Shown in pieces: positions 29,929-40,500 of a stretch of DNA of 64,000 bases; position 1 is the first letter of the stretch; every line of letters begins with the position of its first letter. A program made the position numbers and the translations under genes. Under the pieces are notes generated by a model. It was not told where the DNA came from. It was given only the letters and a program-made list of their open reading frames with translations, and did no database searches. The stretch spans positions 96,001-160,000 of the forward strand of contig CAVWIP010000018.1 of NCBI GenBank assembly GCA_963755125.1, read 5' to 3'. The stretch is from an uncultured delta proteobacterium (GTDB lineage: Bacteria > Myxococcota_A > Polyangia > Fen-1088).

Positions 29929-31302
29929 CTAGTCGGGCGGGGTGTATTCGGGCTCTGGCGCAAGCTCGGGCGCAGCCTCGACCGCGGCCGCGTGCCGCGC
30001 GCCCAGGGTCCAGACGGCGAGTTGGGCCGATAGCCCCGCCTCGAGCACGATGGCCTCCTTGGGAAAGCCGGAGAGTCCGCGCAGCTCGGCCGCGAGCACG
30101 AGGTAGTTGGTCAGGTTGTAGACCAGACCGCCACCCAGACCGGCCGCCAAGGGACCGCCGCGCACGGTATCGCTGGTGCGAAAGTCGATGTTGGTGTTGC
30201 TGGAAGGACTGGGCGCCACGTAGAGACGGAACGCCGTGCCCGCCCCCAGGGTGCCGGTCCCGAAAAGCTGCAGGTTGCTCGCGCTCCCGAAGATGGCGTC
30301 GGTGAACAGATACGCACGGCCAAGCACGGCCCAGGCTCGATCCTGCGGCTGCGGGCATCCGTTGCATCCGGCCCCCAGGTCCGTCTGCACGAACTGGTAG
30401 CGCCCCTGCACGGAGAACGCGATATGGTGGGTCCACTGGTAGCCAATCTCGGGCAGGAGGTGCAAAACGCCGCCGGACGCCCAACCTTTCACACGGGCGC
30501 CCGTGTAGAGCTCCGGGATGCGGGTGGGGTACCAGCCAAAGCCCGTACCCATGCCCATGGCCACCCACACGTTCTGCGCCGGACGGCGGTGAGCCTCGTT
30601 GTTCTGCGCGTTTTCGGCATCGCGCTCTCGCTGGATACGAGCCAGCGGGTCTTCATCCGCGACAACCTGTTCCGTGCCACCGGTTTCCGCCGTGCCTGAG
30701 CCGCCTTTTCGGATGAGCACGATATTCGGGCTCTCATCGCTGCCATTCACGGCCGTCATCTTGTCGCTCGCGTTGTACGCCTGAGCGAAGAATTGCAACG
30801 AACTGCCGCGCACCTCGTTGCCCTTGATGTTGACAACGTACCAGCCCTTGTGCGAGCGAGTCGCGTCTGCCGTGAGGAAGCGGTCGGTGCCCGAGGGCCG
30901 GTAGTGGATGACGACCCTGTGCGTGGCCGATCCGTGCTTGACCGCGCAACGGATGGTGAGATCGGTTCCTGGTTGCACCTCGGACGGCGTAGGGCAATAG
31001 AGTGGCTCCGGAAGCTTGGACGGAATTTCTGGTTCGGGCGGCGGCGGAGGCGGCTTTGGGGCTTCAACCACAGCGGTCCCCTTCGCAGCCTTGGCGGCGT
31101 CCGACGGTCGAGACTTGGACTTGCTCTTGTCGTCGCTCGACGATGCCGGCGTGGCGGTCTTTGCGGCAGACCCTTTCTTCTTGGCCGGCGCAGTCTCCGG
31201 CTCCGGCTTCGCAGTCTTCGAGGATGTCGCGCACGCCGGCGCGAAAAGCAAGAGCGCGCAGCCGCCGAGTAGGTGGTGTCGAATGGTCAGTTTCAAGCCC
31301 AC
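29929..31302 (-). CDS. Lipoprotein with Ig-like domain and probable C-terminal beta-barrel
   Basis: Lipobox APAC; Lys/Pro linker; amphipathic beta-strands in C-terminal half; AAAGGGGG RBS. Confidence 0.7.
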   Translation of the reverse strand: MGLKLTIRHHLLGGCALLLFAPACATSSKTAKPEPETAPAKKKGSAAKTATPASSSDDKSKSKSRPSDAAKAAKGTAVVEAPKPPPPPPEPEIPSKLPEPLYCPTPSEVQPGTDLTIRCAVKHGSATHRVVIHYRPSGTDRFLTADATRSHKGWYVVNIKGNEVRGSSLQFFAQAYNASDKMTAVNGSDESPNIVLIRKGGSGTAETGGTEQVVADEDPLARIQRERDAENAQNNEAHRRPAQNVWVAMGMGTGFGWYPTRIPELYTGARVKGWASGGVLHLLPEIGYQWTHHIAFSVQGRYQFVQTDLGAGCNGCPQPQDRAWAVLGRAYLFTDAIFGSASNLQLFGTGTLGAGTAFRLYVAPSPSSNTNIDFRTSDTVRGGPLAAGLGGGLVYNLTNYLVLAAELRGLSGFPKEAIVLEAGLSAQLAVWTLGARHAAAVEAAPELAPEPEYTPPD

Positions 31303-31492
31303 GATGCCCCCTTTGCGGATGATGTTGTTTGATGTCGTCTTGTCGCGCAGTCGTCCGGCTTCGCCCACTCGGTCCAAGCTGGTTCGGGGCAAGCCATGGG
31401 AGTCGTCATCAACGAATTTGACCGCATACCCGGGTCATCCCTCCTGCTGATAAGCGAATAGCCTTTGCCCAAAGCTGTGCGGCCGTGAACAA

Positions 31493-33067
31493 TCAACGTC
31501 CGCCAAGCTGATCGATCCTCTTTTCCATGAGCGCGCGGTCAGGTGCGTTGGGCGAGGCCTTGAGATAGAGCCTGAGATGGCGCACAGCCTGGGCCGCATT
31601 GCCGGACTGGGCATAGGCCAGACCAAGGCCCCGCTGGCTCTGGGCATCCTTCGGATTCAACTTCACTGCCTCGGAAAAGGCCGCGATGGCCTCGGGCAGC
31701 GCACCGCTGAGGAGCTTGGCATTCCCCCGTTGATAGGCCTCGGCCGCCTCCTGCGCTTTGTTGCCGGCAGGCTTGGCAGCAGGTGGGGCGACCTCCGCCA
31801 GCTTCTTTTCGGGCTTGGGCGTTGCCGGCTCGCTCGCGGTTCGCACCTTCTCGGTGACGGGTTTCTCGACTGCTGGCTTGGGCGCAGCGAGCGGCTTCTG
31901 CGGCACCGGGCTTGCGGCAGGCGCTGGTGGCTCGGCCACGACTTTCTTCTCCACCGGCCGCGGCTTCTCCGGCACCAGAGTCGGCGCGGGGACGGGATTC
32001 GCGGGCTGAGCCGGCTTCTCGACCGCCGCGGGCTGAGGCTTGGCGGGTTCCGCGGCTGCAGCGGGAAGGGCAGGCTTCTCACCGGTGGCGGGCGGTGACG
32101 GCACAGCAGCCTTATCCGCCTCGATGATTGCCTTGACCGGAGCCCGCTGCTGCTCCGGAGCGGACTGCTTCTTGCCACCACCCACGAAGACGGCCACGCC
32201 CGAAGCCACCAGCACCAGGACGCCCACGCCGCCAGCGGCAAGCAAGACCTTGCGCCGGCCTCCTCCTGAAGTGCCTTTCAGGCTTGCTACCAGCCCTACC
32301 GAGGGCGCGGAGCCGGCCCATTCCGGAACCGCGTCGGAGGCCCCGGAAACCTCATCTCCCTGGAGCCCTCGGTCGCTGGCTCGCTCATCAGGTTGCTTAT
32401 TCTCAGGCGTGGGCATGGCACCCGCTTCCGAGGCTGGCTCACCGGAGGGGGCCTCTGCCACAGCCGCAGCACCACCTGCGGATGGCGGGCCGCCCTCCGC
32501 CGACATGTCTACATCCACACCACCGGAGTCGGGAGCGTTTGCATCGATCGCGAGCGGCTCCGGGTGGCGGGCAGCCACGTCGACCGGCTCGGGAGGGGGC
32601 GGAACAATGGTCGGGGCCGTCGCGAATTCCGAGGTCGCGGTCCGACGCTTGGGCGCCGCCGCGACGCCGACCGCTGCTGGGAGCGCGGAAGCACCTCTCG
32701 GTTCGGCGCCCGCTGGAGATGCGGCCGACTGGACCATGGCTGGAACTCGGCCGGCCGCAGAATTCGCATCCCTTGGGGTCACGGCCGGCGCCGACGTCGG
32801 CGAGATGGGCATGGCAGGAGATGGCGTGCCCGGCCGCGAAGGCACGGGGGCGACGGGTGGAACGCCGGGCCTGCCAGGCAAGGGGCCACCCATCCACATG
32901 AGGGTCTTGGCGGGCGAGGCCAGCTTGCTCACGGCCGGACTACCGGCCACGGACGCCGCCGTGACAATTGCTTTGCCACACGATTGGCAGAGGATGACCG
33001 GCCGTGTCGCTTCCGGCCTGGTGGCTGGAAGCGGGGCTTTGCAGTAGGGACAGTTTGATGGCGTCAT
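31493..33067 (-). CDS. Zinc-ribbon / Pro-rich / TM / TPR protein
   Basis: CPYC..CQSC; single TM; C-terminal TPRs. Confidence 0.8.
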   Translation of the reverse strand: MTPSNCPYCKAPLPATRPEATRPVILCQSCGKAIVTAASVAGSPAVSKLASPAKTLMWMGGPLPGRPGVPPVAPVPSRPGTPSPAMPISPTSAPAVTPRDANSAAGRVPAMVQSAASPAGAEPRGASALPAAVGVAAAPKRRTATSEFATAPTIVPPPPEPVDVAARHPEPLAIDANAPDSGGVDVDMSAEGGPPSAGGAAAVAEAPSGEPASEAGAMPTPENKQPDERASDRGLQGDEVSGASDAVPEWAGSAPSVGLVASLKGTSGGGRRKVLLAAGGVGVLVLVASGVAVFVGGGKKQSAPEQQRAPVKAIIEADKAAVPSPPATGEKPALPAAAAEPAKPQPAAVEKPAQPANPVPAPTLVPEKPRPVEKKVVAEPPAPAASPVPQKPLAAPKPAVEKPVTEKVRTASEPATPKPEKKLAEVAPPAAKPAGNKAQEAAEAYQRGNAKLLSGALPEAIAAFSEAVKLNPKDAQSQRGLGLAYAQSGNAAQAVRHLRLYLKASPNAPDRALMEKRIDQLGGR

Positions 33068-33795
33068 TTGGCAGGCAAAGCCGGTGGGGGTGGATAGACG
33101 ACCGTTGGCGCCGGTGCCGTCGTCGCCGGCACCGCTGCCGGAGTCGCAGGCGCCGCCGGTGCCGGTGCCGGTGAAGTGATCGCGTGTGGAGGAGACGGAG
33201 AAGGCGGCGAAGGTGTAGCCGGCGGAAGCGGAGGCGGCACGGTCGGGCCACCGTCCGAGAGAGCCCTGCCGACCAACCTATCGAGCGAGTCGTCCACCAC
33301 GTCGCTCTTGAAGACCTCCTCGGCACGGCTGATCAGCGTGCCCTTCTCGACGTCGAAGAGCAGGACGAGAATCTTGACTGGCCCCTTCTTCTTGCCCTTG
33401 TTGACCCGCTCCATCTCAGCCCACAAGAGACGGTCACCCCCCACCAACTTGGCCACCTTCGCGTAGCACTCGTCATTGGCCTGGGAACACTCAGCCTGCC
33501 CTTGCGCCGTTTCCATGCTTATCGCGGCGACTGCTCTCTCGTCCACACCGGGCACCTGGGCCTTGACCAGCCTCTCGTTGAGCGCGGTGGCGACGGCGGG
33601 CAGCAGGAACTTTTCGGCCGGCAGCAAGATGAGCTTCACCTTCTTGGGTGGCGGTGCCGGCGGCGGTGGTGGCGGCGGCGGCGGGGGAGCGACCTGGACC
33701 GGCGCCTCGGGACCGCGACGGGGAACGCAGGCGATGGGCGCGGTCAGAATCAGTCCGAACACCAGGAAGATCTTGGCAGTTGAGTTCACGGTCAT
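33064..33795 (-). CDS. Putative lipoprotein with Pro-rich segments
   Basis: PIAC lipobox-like; GGAG RBS; stop overlaps next start (ATGA). Confidence 0.7.
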   Translation of the reverse strand: MTVNSTAKIFLVFGLILTAPIACVPRRGPEAPVQVAPPPPPPPPPPAPPPKKVKLILLPAEKFLLPAVATALNERLVKAQVPGVDERAVAAISMETAQGQAECSQANDECYAKVAKLVGGDRLLWAEMERVNKGKKKGPVKILVLLFDVEKGTLISRAEEVFKSDVVDDSLDRLVGRALSDGGPTVPPPLPPATPSPPSPSPPHAITSPAPAPAAPATPAAVPATTAPAPTVVYPPPPALPAK

Positions 33796-34000
33796 CTCCA
33801 AGGGCTGAATATACCCCCCATCCGTATCAGGGGGACCATCTGGATTGCCTTCTATCACCCCTGCCAGCGGCTGGCGTGGCTGGCATTATGGCAAGCTCGG
33901 GCGATCGATTCCAGTGATCCGCGCGGATGGCAATTCTCCGGGTCCCACGGCCATCCTCACCAGTTGCGCGAAAGCTCGATCTTCCTCCCTGAGAACCGCG

Positions 34001-34819
34001 CTATCGCGGCGGCGAAGCGAGCAACGCCCGCGCGTTTTCCCCGAGGAGACGGCGCTCGCGTTCTGGACCGAGATCCAGCGCCCGGGCCAGGCGGAGCGTC
34101 TCGGCCTGGCTGGTCCAGGGGGAGTCGCTACCGAAGAGAATGCGCTCTGCCGGGTGGGCGGTGAGCAACTCACGCCCTCGCTTCAGGCCGAGCCGCTCCA
34201 GTGACATGGAGATCTCCATGTATATGGGCTTGCCGAGCAGGTGGCGTTCAACTTCGTCCCAGTCGTCCCAGGCACCGATATGAGTCGACACGAATCTCAG
34301 GTTGGGAACCTTTTCGAGCAGGCGGACGATGCGCACGGGATCGGCCTTGCGATCCCGCGGAAATGCGAAGTCGAATCCCGTGTGGCAGACGACCAGCAAG
34401 CCCATCTGCTCCAGCACGCGAAAAAAATGAAAAAGTGCGGGGTCGTCGATTTCGAAGTCCTGGTAGTAGGGATGCAACTTGATGCCAAGCAGACCCGCTT
34501 GCGCCACCAACCGCGCCTTGCCCACCGGATCCGGTCCCTTGGGGTGGATCGAGGGAAGCGGGACAATTCTCGGTGAAGCGATCTGGCGGGACCAGTTGAG
34601 AATGGGCGCGAATTGGTCGGGTTTGGTCGCGATCGAGCACACCACCGCGCGCCCGATGCCTGCACTGTCCATGGACGCCAGCAAGGAAGAAACTGTCCCA
34701 TCGAGAAATGCCTTGGCGTTGCCTTCCTTTTCAAGGTGCGTGATGGCCCGCTCGGCCAGGCCGTCGGGGAACGCGTGTGCATGAAAATCAATGATTGCAT
34801 CCTGGGCTGGGTCGTTCAT
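34001..34819 (-). CDS. Amidohydrolase family (Amidohydro_2) metallohydrolase
   Basis: IDFHAH, GIKLHP, HTG, THIG, LFGSDSPW. Confidence 0.92.
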   Translation of the reverse strand: MNDPAQDAIIDFHAHAFPDGLAERAITHLEKEGNAKAFLDGTVSSLLASMDSAGIGRAVVCSIATKPDQFAPILNWSRQIASPRIVPLPSIHPKGPDPVGKARLVAQAGLLGIKLHPYYQDFEIDDPALFHFFRVLEQMGLLVVCHTGFDFAFPRDRKADPVRIVRLLEKVPNLRFVSTHIGAWDDWDEVERHLLGKPIYMEISMSLERLGLKRGRELLTAHPAERILFGSDSPWTSQAETLRLARALDLGPERERRLLGENARALLASPPR

Positions 34820-35082
34820 GGCAATTCTCTCGATTCCGACTCACGCTCGCTGGGGCGTCAATCTCCTGCCGGTACTCGATGACAAAACCGTCATTGTCTT
34901 GACATCGCGCAATGGGCTAGTTCCTGTCCGCAGATCGATCTCCGGATACTTGTTTTCGGAAACTGCCATTCATTGGCCATGGTTTGCCATGCTGCATAGA
35001 GTTGATTCGTGTCCAAGCCCACGATATCGCTGAAGGCCAGGTTGTGCATGAGATTTGCTTACGATTGAGCATCGCGGATCCA

Positions 35083-35796
35083 ATGTCACCCAGCGGCAAA
35101 ACGGAGTTTCTGACCAGGTTCATCGCCTCGGCCAGGAGAAGGCTCGAACGGGCAGAGAAGCTCGTCGAATCTCCGGAGCACACAGACGGCAAGTCCTTGG
35201 CCGATGACATTCACTTGATCTGGGGCGAGGCCGCGATCCTGAACCTGCCCCAAATTGCAAAGATGGCCTCCAAGGCGGAGACAGCCGCCCGACTTCTTGG
35301 CGCGCAAGACACGGGCGCGACTCGGATGGCATGCACAGCCGCTATTCGCGCCGTGCGCGAAGGGCTGGACTTCCAAGAGGCAGGCCGGTCCACCGAGCCC
35401 GACCCGGAGAGCGAACGTCACCCTTGTCGCGTTCTTGTAGTGGACGACAGCGAATTCTCTGCGCGGGCGCTGTCGCGAGTCTTCGAGCGCAGCGGAATCG
35501 AGGCGCGCACGGCGACCACCATGAGCGAAGTGCTTGACCTGTGCACGACGTTCAAACCGAGCATCCTGGTTACCGACGTACACATGCCGGCCCTGGATGT
35601 GTCCGAACTTTGCGGTCTTTTTCGCGCCGCCAGCCAGGGCCGGCGCACGGGGATCGTTCTGGTTTCCGCACATTCGGAAAACGAGTTGCATGACTGCCTG
35701 CACGCCACGGGTGCCGACGACTTCGTTCCCAAGTGCGCCGGCACCAGTGCCGTGGTCAATCGCGTGCTGGCCCTGTCCGAGGACATCTCGGCCTAG
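35083..35796 (+). CDS. Hpt-like plus receiver domain protein
   Basis: Helical domain with [32 protein letters not shown]; start uncertain. Confidence 0.8.
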   Translation: MSPSGKTEFLTRFIASARRRLERAEKLVESPEHTDGKSLADDIHLIWGEAAILNLPQIAKMASKAETAARLLGAQDTGATRMACTAAIRAVREGLDFQEAGRSTEPDPESERHPCRVLVVDDSEFSARALSRVFERSGIEARTATTMSEVLDLCTTFKPSILVTDVHMPALDVSELCGLFRAASQGRRTGIVLVSAHSENELHDCLHATGADDFVPKCAGTSAVVNRVLALSEDISA

Positions 35797-36060
35797 CCCA
35801 ACTTCCGCAGTTCGAGGGTCAGGATTGATGGATTTCGCATAGTTAGGTCTTCTGGTTGGCCCGACATTTTGGGGCTCATGGAGGCTGTGCGGAGGCGTTC
35901 AGGAAGCCTCAGACCGAGGCCGGCCAGCAGACGCGCCTGGGCCTGGTCCGGTCGGACTACGCAGCGGATCCGAAGCTCGCGCCCGTCTGTGGTGGGCATG
36001 ACGATGTCGGCGCTGTTGATGCGCGCGAGTTCATCGAGGATGGTGCGCGGGCTTCTTCCA
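35797..36060 (-). mobile_element. IS1634-family remnant (transposase C-terminus and right end)
   Basis: [48 protein letters not shown]; putative end CCCAACTTCCGCAG abutting CTAG. Confidence 0.72.
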
Positions 36061-36172
36061 CGTCGAGAAGTAGTAGTAGAGCGCTTGCCATTTGGGCAGG
36101 TCATGCGGAATCAGTCGCCACGCACAACCACTGCGCAGGACATACCGAACGCCGTTCAGAATCTCCCGCCGT
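36052..36172 (-). mobile_element. IS5-family transposase N-terminal fragment (DUF4096-like)
   Basis: [39 protein letters not shown]. Confidence 0.85.
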
Positions 36173-36203
36173 TCCCCGCGTCGATGGAGTCGCGAAGAGA
36201 CGA

Positions 36204-37280
36204 CTACTTGGCGAAGGTGATGCCGGTGATGCAGAGGCTGCTCACCGGGATCGCCGCAGATCCCGACGAGACCTGCACGCTGATCTTGTCGATGTTCGGC
36301 ACATCCGTAGCCGTGATGGCGGTGCCCGGCGACGCCGGGGTATAGCAAGTGGTGCTGAAGGAGGTGAGGGGCATGGCGGTGCCCGAGGTCAGTGTCGCGC
36401 AGTAGGACGTCGCATCCGCATCGCCCTTTCTATGAACCATGGCGCGCAGGCCAGAGCTAGGGGATCCGCTGACCGTTATGGTGACGCTCGAGAAGGACTG
36501 GCCGAGGCCACCAGACGGCGTGGTGTCGGTGGCGTTCACGCCAACCGAGACTCCCCAGTTGTTGGAGTAGTCGGTCGATGTCGGAGCCGCTGGCAGGGCA
36601 GGAACCGAGCCCGAGATGCAGAGGCCGGTGCCCGACCAGTTCGGATCGGCGGCGCAAGGAGCGGCGTTCGTGATGGCCGCCTTGTTCGCACCGCAGGTCG
36701 GGTCGCTGATGGTGTCAGAAACGCCGAGAGCAACCCAGCCGTAGCCGGTCATGGCGCCCGCGGCCTTGCCGCTGGCGAAGGTCACGGTGGTGCCGCTGGG
36801 GGCTACGCCGGTGGTGACGCCAGTCGTGCCCCCGGTCGGAGGCGAACTCGTGATCGGGGTGCTCGCATAGGTGTTCCCGCCACCGCTCGGTGTGCTGCTG
36901 CTCGCATAGGTGTTCCCGCCACCGCTCGGTGTGCTGCTGCTCGCATAGGTGTTCCCGCCGCCGCTCTGCGTGCTCCTGCTGGTGCTCGCATAGGTGTTTC
37001 CACCGCCGCTCGGTGTGCTGGTGCTCTCATAGGTGTTCCCACCGCCGCTCGGTGTGCTGCTGAAACTGGTGTTGCCGCCTGACGCCTCCGAGCTGTGCGA
37101 ACTGCTCGAGTTGCCGCCATTGCCGCCAGTAGAACTACTTCCTCCGCCCGAGCCACCCGTGTCGTCGGGCGAAGCGGGCAGGCAATTGGTCGTGCCGAGG
37201 AATAGCAATCCCACGCAGCAGACTCGTGCGAGAGCCCAGGCTACGCTACCAAACGATCGGCTGAAGTCTGTGTTGGTCAT
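36204..37280 (-). CDS. Lipoprotein with Gly/Ser/Thr repeats and 4-Cys CBM-like domain
   Basis: Signal ending TTNC; AGAGGG RBS; C-terminal LC.SG..NWGV..HRKGD..YC..F..TC..LC domain. Confidence 0.82.
   Translation of the reverse strand: MTNTDFSRSFGSVAWALARVCCVGLLFLGTTNCLPASPDDTGGSGGGSSSTGGNGGNSSSSHSSEASGGNTSFSSTPSGGGNTYESTSTPSGGGNTYASTSRSTQSGGGNTYASSSTPSGGGNTYASSSTPSGGGNTYASTPITSSPPTGGTTGVTTGVAPSGTTVTFASGKAAGAMTGYGWVALGVSDTISDPTCGANKAAITNAAPCAADPNWSGTGLCISGSVPALPAAPTSTDYSNNWGVSVGVNATDTTPSGGLGQSFSSVTITVSGSPSSGLRAMVHRKGDADATSYCATLTSGTAMPLTSFSTTCYTPASPGTAITATDVPNIDKISVQVSSGSAAIPVSSLCITGITFAK
36861..37061. repeat. Intragenic tandem repeat, about five 39-bp units (STPSGGGNTYASS)
   Basis: Units start at 36861, 36900, 36939, 36984, 37023; one unit is 45 bp. 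Confidence 0.9.
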
Positions 37281-37529
37281 GGTTCCCTCTCTTGCCGCCA
37301 CATGGCTTGCAGCGGACTCTAGCCAAGTCTGAACGAGGCGTGCAACAACTCTCACAGCAGTTTGACGGGACTACAACCCAATTCAACACCAGCCCGAGCT
37401 CAATCGGGAATTACGCGGACGGACAAGCCCAAGTAACGGGAAAAAATGGCTTCGACCGCGAAGTTGAGAATTGGCCGCACCGCGATAACGCCGTTTGACG
37501 TGCCGGCGCAGTCCCGGCGGAAGCGAGGG

Positions 37530-40500
37530 TCACGTCGGCGCGTTCGCGAGAACCTGCTCGATCCGTTCCAGGCTGGCCGGCTTGGCTATGTGCTCGTCGA
37601 AACCCGCCTCCTTGGCCCGCGCCAGATCCTCGGGCAGGGCATAGCCGGTCAGGGCGACTAGGTAGGTGGAAGCCAGGGTCTGGTCGGCGCGCAACCTGCG
37701 GGCCACTTCATAGCCATCCATCCCGGGCAGACCGATGTCGCACAGGATCATGTGAGGTCGGAAGGCGCGCGACTTCTCCACGCCGTCACTGCCGCTGTTC
37801 GCGATCTCGACCGTGTGCCCACTGAATTCCAGCACCTCGCGCAGGCTCTCGGCCGCGTCGACGTTGTCCTCGATGACCAGCACCCGACGGGTGGAAGTCG
37901 TACGACCGCTGGCTGGCGTGACTTCGCTGCCGTTGGCCAGCTCCCGCAGCGGCAGCCGGACCGCGAACTCGGCGCCCTGGCCAGGCCCCGCGCTGTGGAC
38001 AGCGACGGAACCGCCGTGCAGTTCCACCAGGCCCTTGACCAGCGCCAGTCCCAGCCCCAGACCGCCGCGCGTGCGGTCGAGGGTGTTCTCGGCCTGAGTG
38101 AAGGGCTCGAAGACGTGCGCGAGCATCTCCGGGGTCAGGCCAACCCCGGTATCGCGTACCCGAAGCACAGCCGTGTCCTGATCTCTGGCCACCGACACCG
38201 AAGCGCGGCCACCCCGATCGCTGAACTTGGCCGCGTTGTGCAGCAGGTTGCCCAACACCTGACTGAGACGCGTGGCATCCCCGTCCACCCAAAGCCCGGC
38301 GTCGGAAACCGCGACTTCCAGCCCCAGCCCGTCGGCGGTGAAGAAAGATCGGTGATCATCGACGGTTCGCCTGACCAGGTCGCCCAGGTTGACCAGTTGC
38401 TTGCGCAACTGGATCTTGCCCTTGGAGATGCGCGTGATGTCCAGCAGGTCATCCACCAGCCGGGTCAGGTGCGCGGTCTGCCGGTCGATGGTGGCCTGTG
38501 CGCGCTTGGCCTGCTCGCTCCCCACTTCGGCACGTTCGAGCACGTACAGGCTGTTGCGGATGGGCGCCAGGGGATTGCGCAGCTCGTGGGAGAGCATGGC
38601 CAGAAATTCGTTCTTGCGCTGGTCGTCCTCTCGCAGGCGCTGGTTGGCCAGCCGCAGTTCCTTCACGATGGTTTCGAGCAAGTCGCCCTGGTCCTTCACC
38701 TGGCGCTCCGCCTGCCGTCGGGCCGTGACATCGCGGCCGTACACGCGCACGCGCCCGACCTCACGGATGAGGTGCAACGATTGCGCGTAGATCGTCTCAC
38801 CCACGGCCACGGTTCGCTCCACGGTCGTTTCTCGCTTGTCCCGCAGCGGCCGCACTGCCTCGTCCCAGTCCGCGAACCAGGGATGCGCAAGCCCCGTCGC
38901 CTCCAAATCGGGGAACAGCCTGCGCGCGGCCGGATTGACGTAGTGGATCTGCCCAGCCAGGCTGACCTCGGTGACGGGATGGGGATTGCGTTCCGGGAAA
39001 GACGCCAGCCAGTTGGCCCGCGCCTCTATCTGCCGCCGTTCGGTCATGTCGACGATCGACGACACCGCGCCGAGGAGCTCGCCACTGGGCCCGCGAATGG
39101 GAGCCGCGTTCACCGACACCCAGATGTCCCGGCCGGGGCGGTGGACGACCATGACGACGTTCTTGCTGACCTCGCCGCGCAAGGCCCGTGCTGGTGGGAC
39201 TTGGTCAGGCGCAAAGGGCGACCCGTCCTCCATGCCAAACGATATCGCGCGGACACGTTCCCCCATATCAGTCAGGGCTTGCTCGTTGGGCGTCCATTGC
39301 AGGATGTCTTGCGCCGCCTGATTGGCAAAGCGCTGCTGCCCGTCCGGGCCGTAGATCACCACGCCACTCGCCATCGACGACAGCGTCGCGTCCAGCTCGG
39401 CCGTGCGCCGCTGCATCTCCTCATTGGTCGAGATGAGCTCCTCGTTGGTCGAGATAAGCTCCTCGTTGGTCGAGATAAGCTCCTCGTTGGCTGACTTGAG
39501 TTCCTCGTTGGCTGACTCCAGACGCTCGATCGCGCCGCGCAGTTCGGCCCGGGTCATGCGCAGCTCGCTCTCGAGATCCTCGATGGCCGGAAGCTCCGGC
39601 GGCGGCGTGCTGGCCGCGTCGTTCTCGACCCTTTCCGAAGCGCCCGCCTCCTGGAGGACGACGAGATACAGGCCTGACGCACGGTCGAGTCCGGGCATCG
39701 GCCGCACGGTCAGGCGCACCCGACGCCGGGTTTCATCGATATCGACGCTCACGTCCTCGCGCACGACCTTGCAGTGATCCTTGGCGGCCGCGCGCAAGGC
39801 TGTGCGCAGCTCCAGGCGCAAATTGGCCGGGGCCGCATCGAGGATGTTCGCCGACGGCGGACCCGCAGGCGGCTGCAGGTAGCGGAATGGCCGGCCGGCG
39901 AGGAACAGGATGTCGCCGGACTCGTTGACCACCGCAGTGGGCGGAGCGTACTCGTCGAGCACCGCACGTTCAAACGCCGCACCCGCGTTGTCGCGTGTGG
40001 CATCCTTGCCCAATTCCTTGGCCCCGCTCGCGGGCAGCGAAGGCGAAGCACGCAAGGCCGCCCGGGTGGGGATGTCCAGCTCCACTGGACAAGGGGTTGC
40101 CGTATCCACACGACGAAAGATCCGGTGGCGCTGATCCACTGCCTCGAAAAGATCGGGCAGCGGTGCAATGTTCTCTGATGGTCCCAGGAAGAGACACCCG
40201 CTCGGCCGCAACGCGCGGTGAAGGATCGGGAGCAGTTTAGTCTGCAGATCTGCCGCCAGGTAGATGAAGACGTTGCGACAGGAGATGAGGTCGAGCTGGG
40301 TGAAAGCCGGATCGCGGACCAGGCTGTGCTGCGAGAAAATGCACATCTCGCGAAGCTCGTTGACCACCTGATACTCCGCGCCTTCGCGGGTGAAAAAGCG
40401 GGACAGCCGCTCGGGCGAGACACGCTCGGCAATGTCCGCAGTGTAACGGCCGCGGCGTGCTTCGGCCAGCAACTCGGCATCCAGGTCGGTGGCAAAGAGC

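Noticed and set aside
36861..37061. 39-bp repeats resembling a CRISPR array
   Set aside because: No unique spacers, in-frame within a CDS, no cas genes
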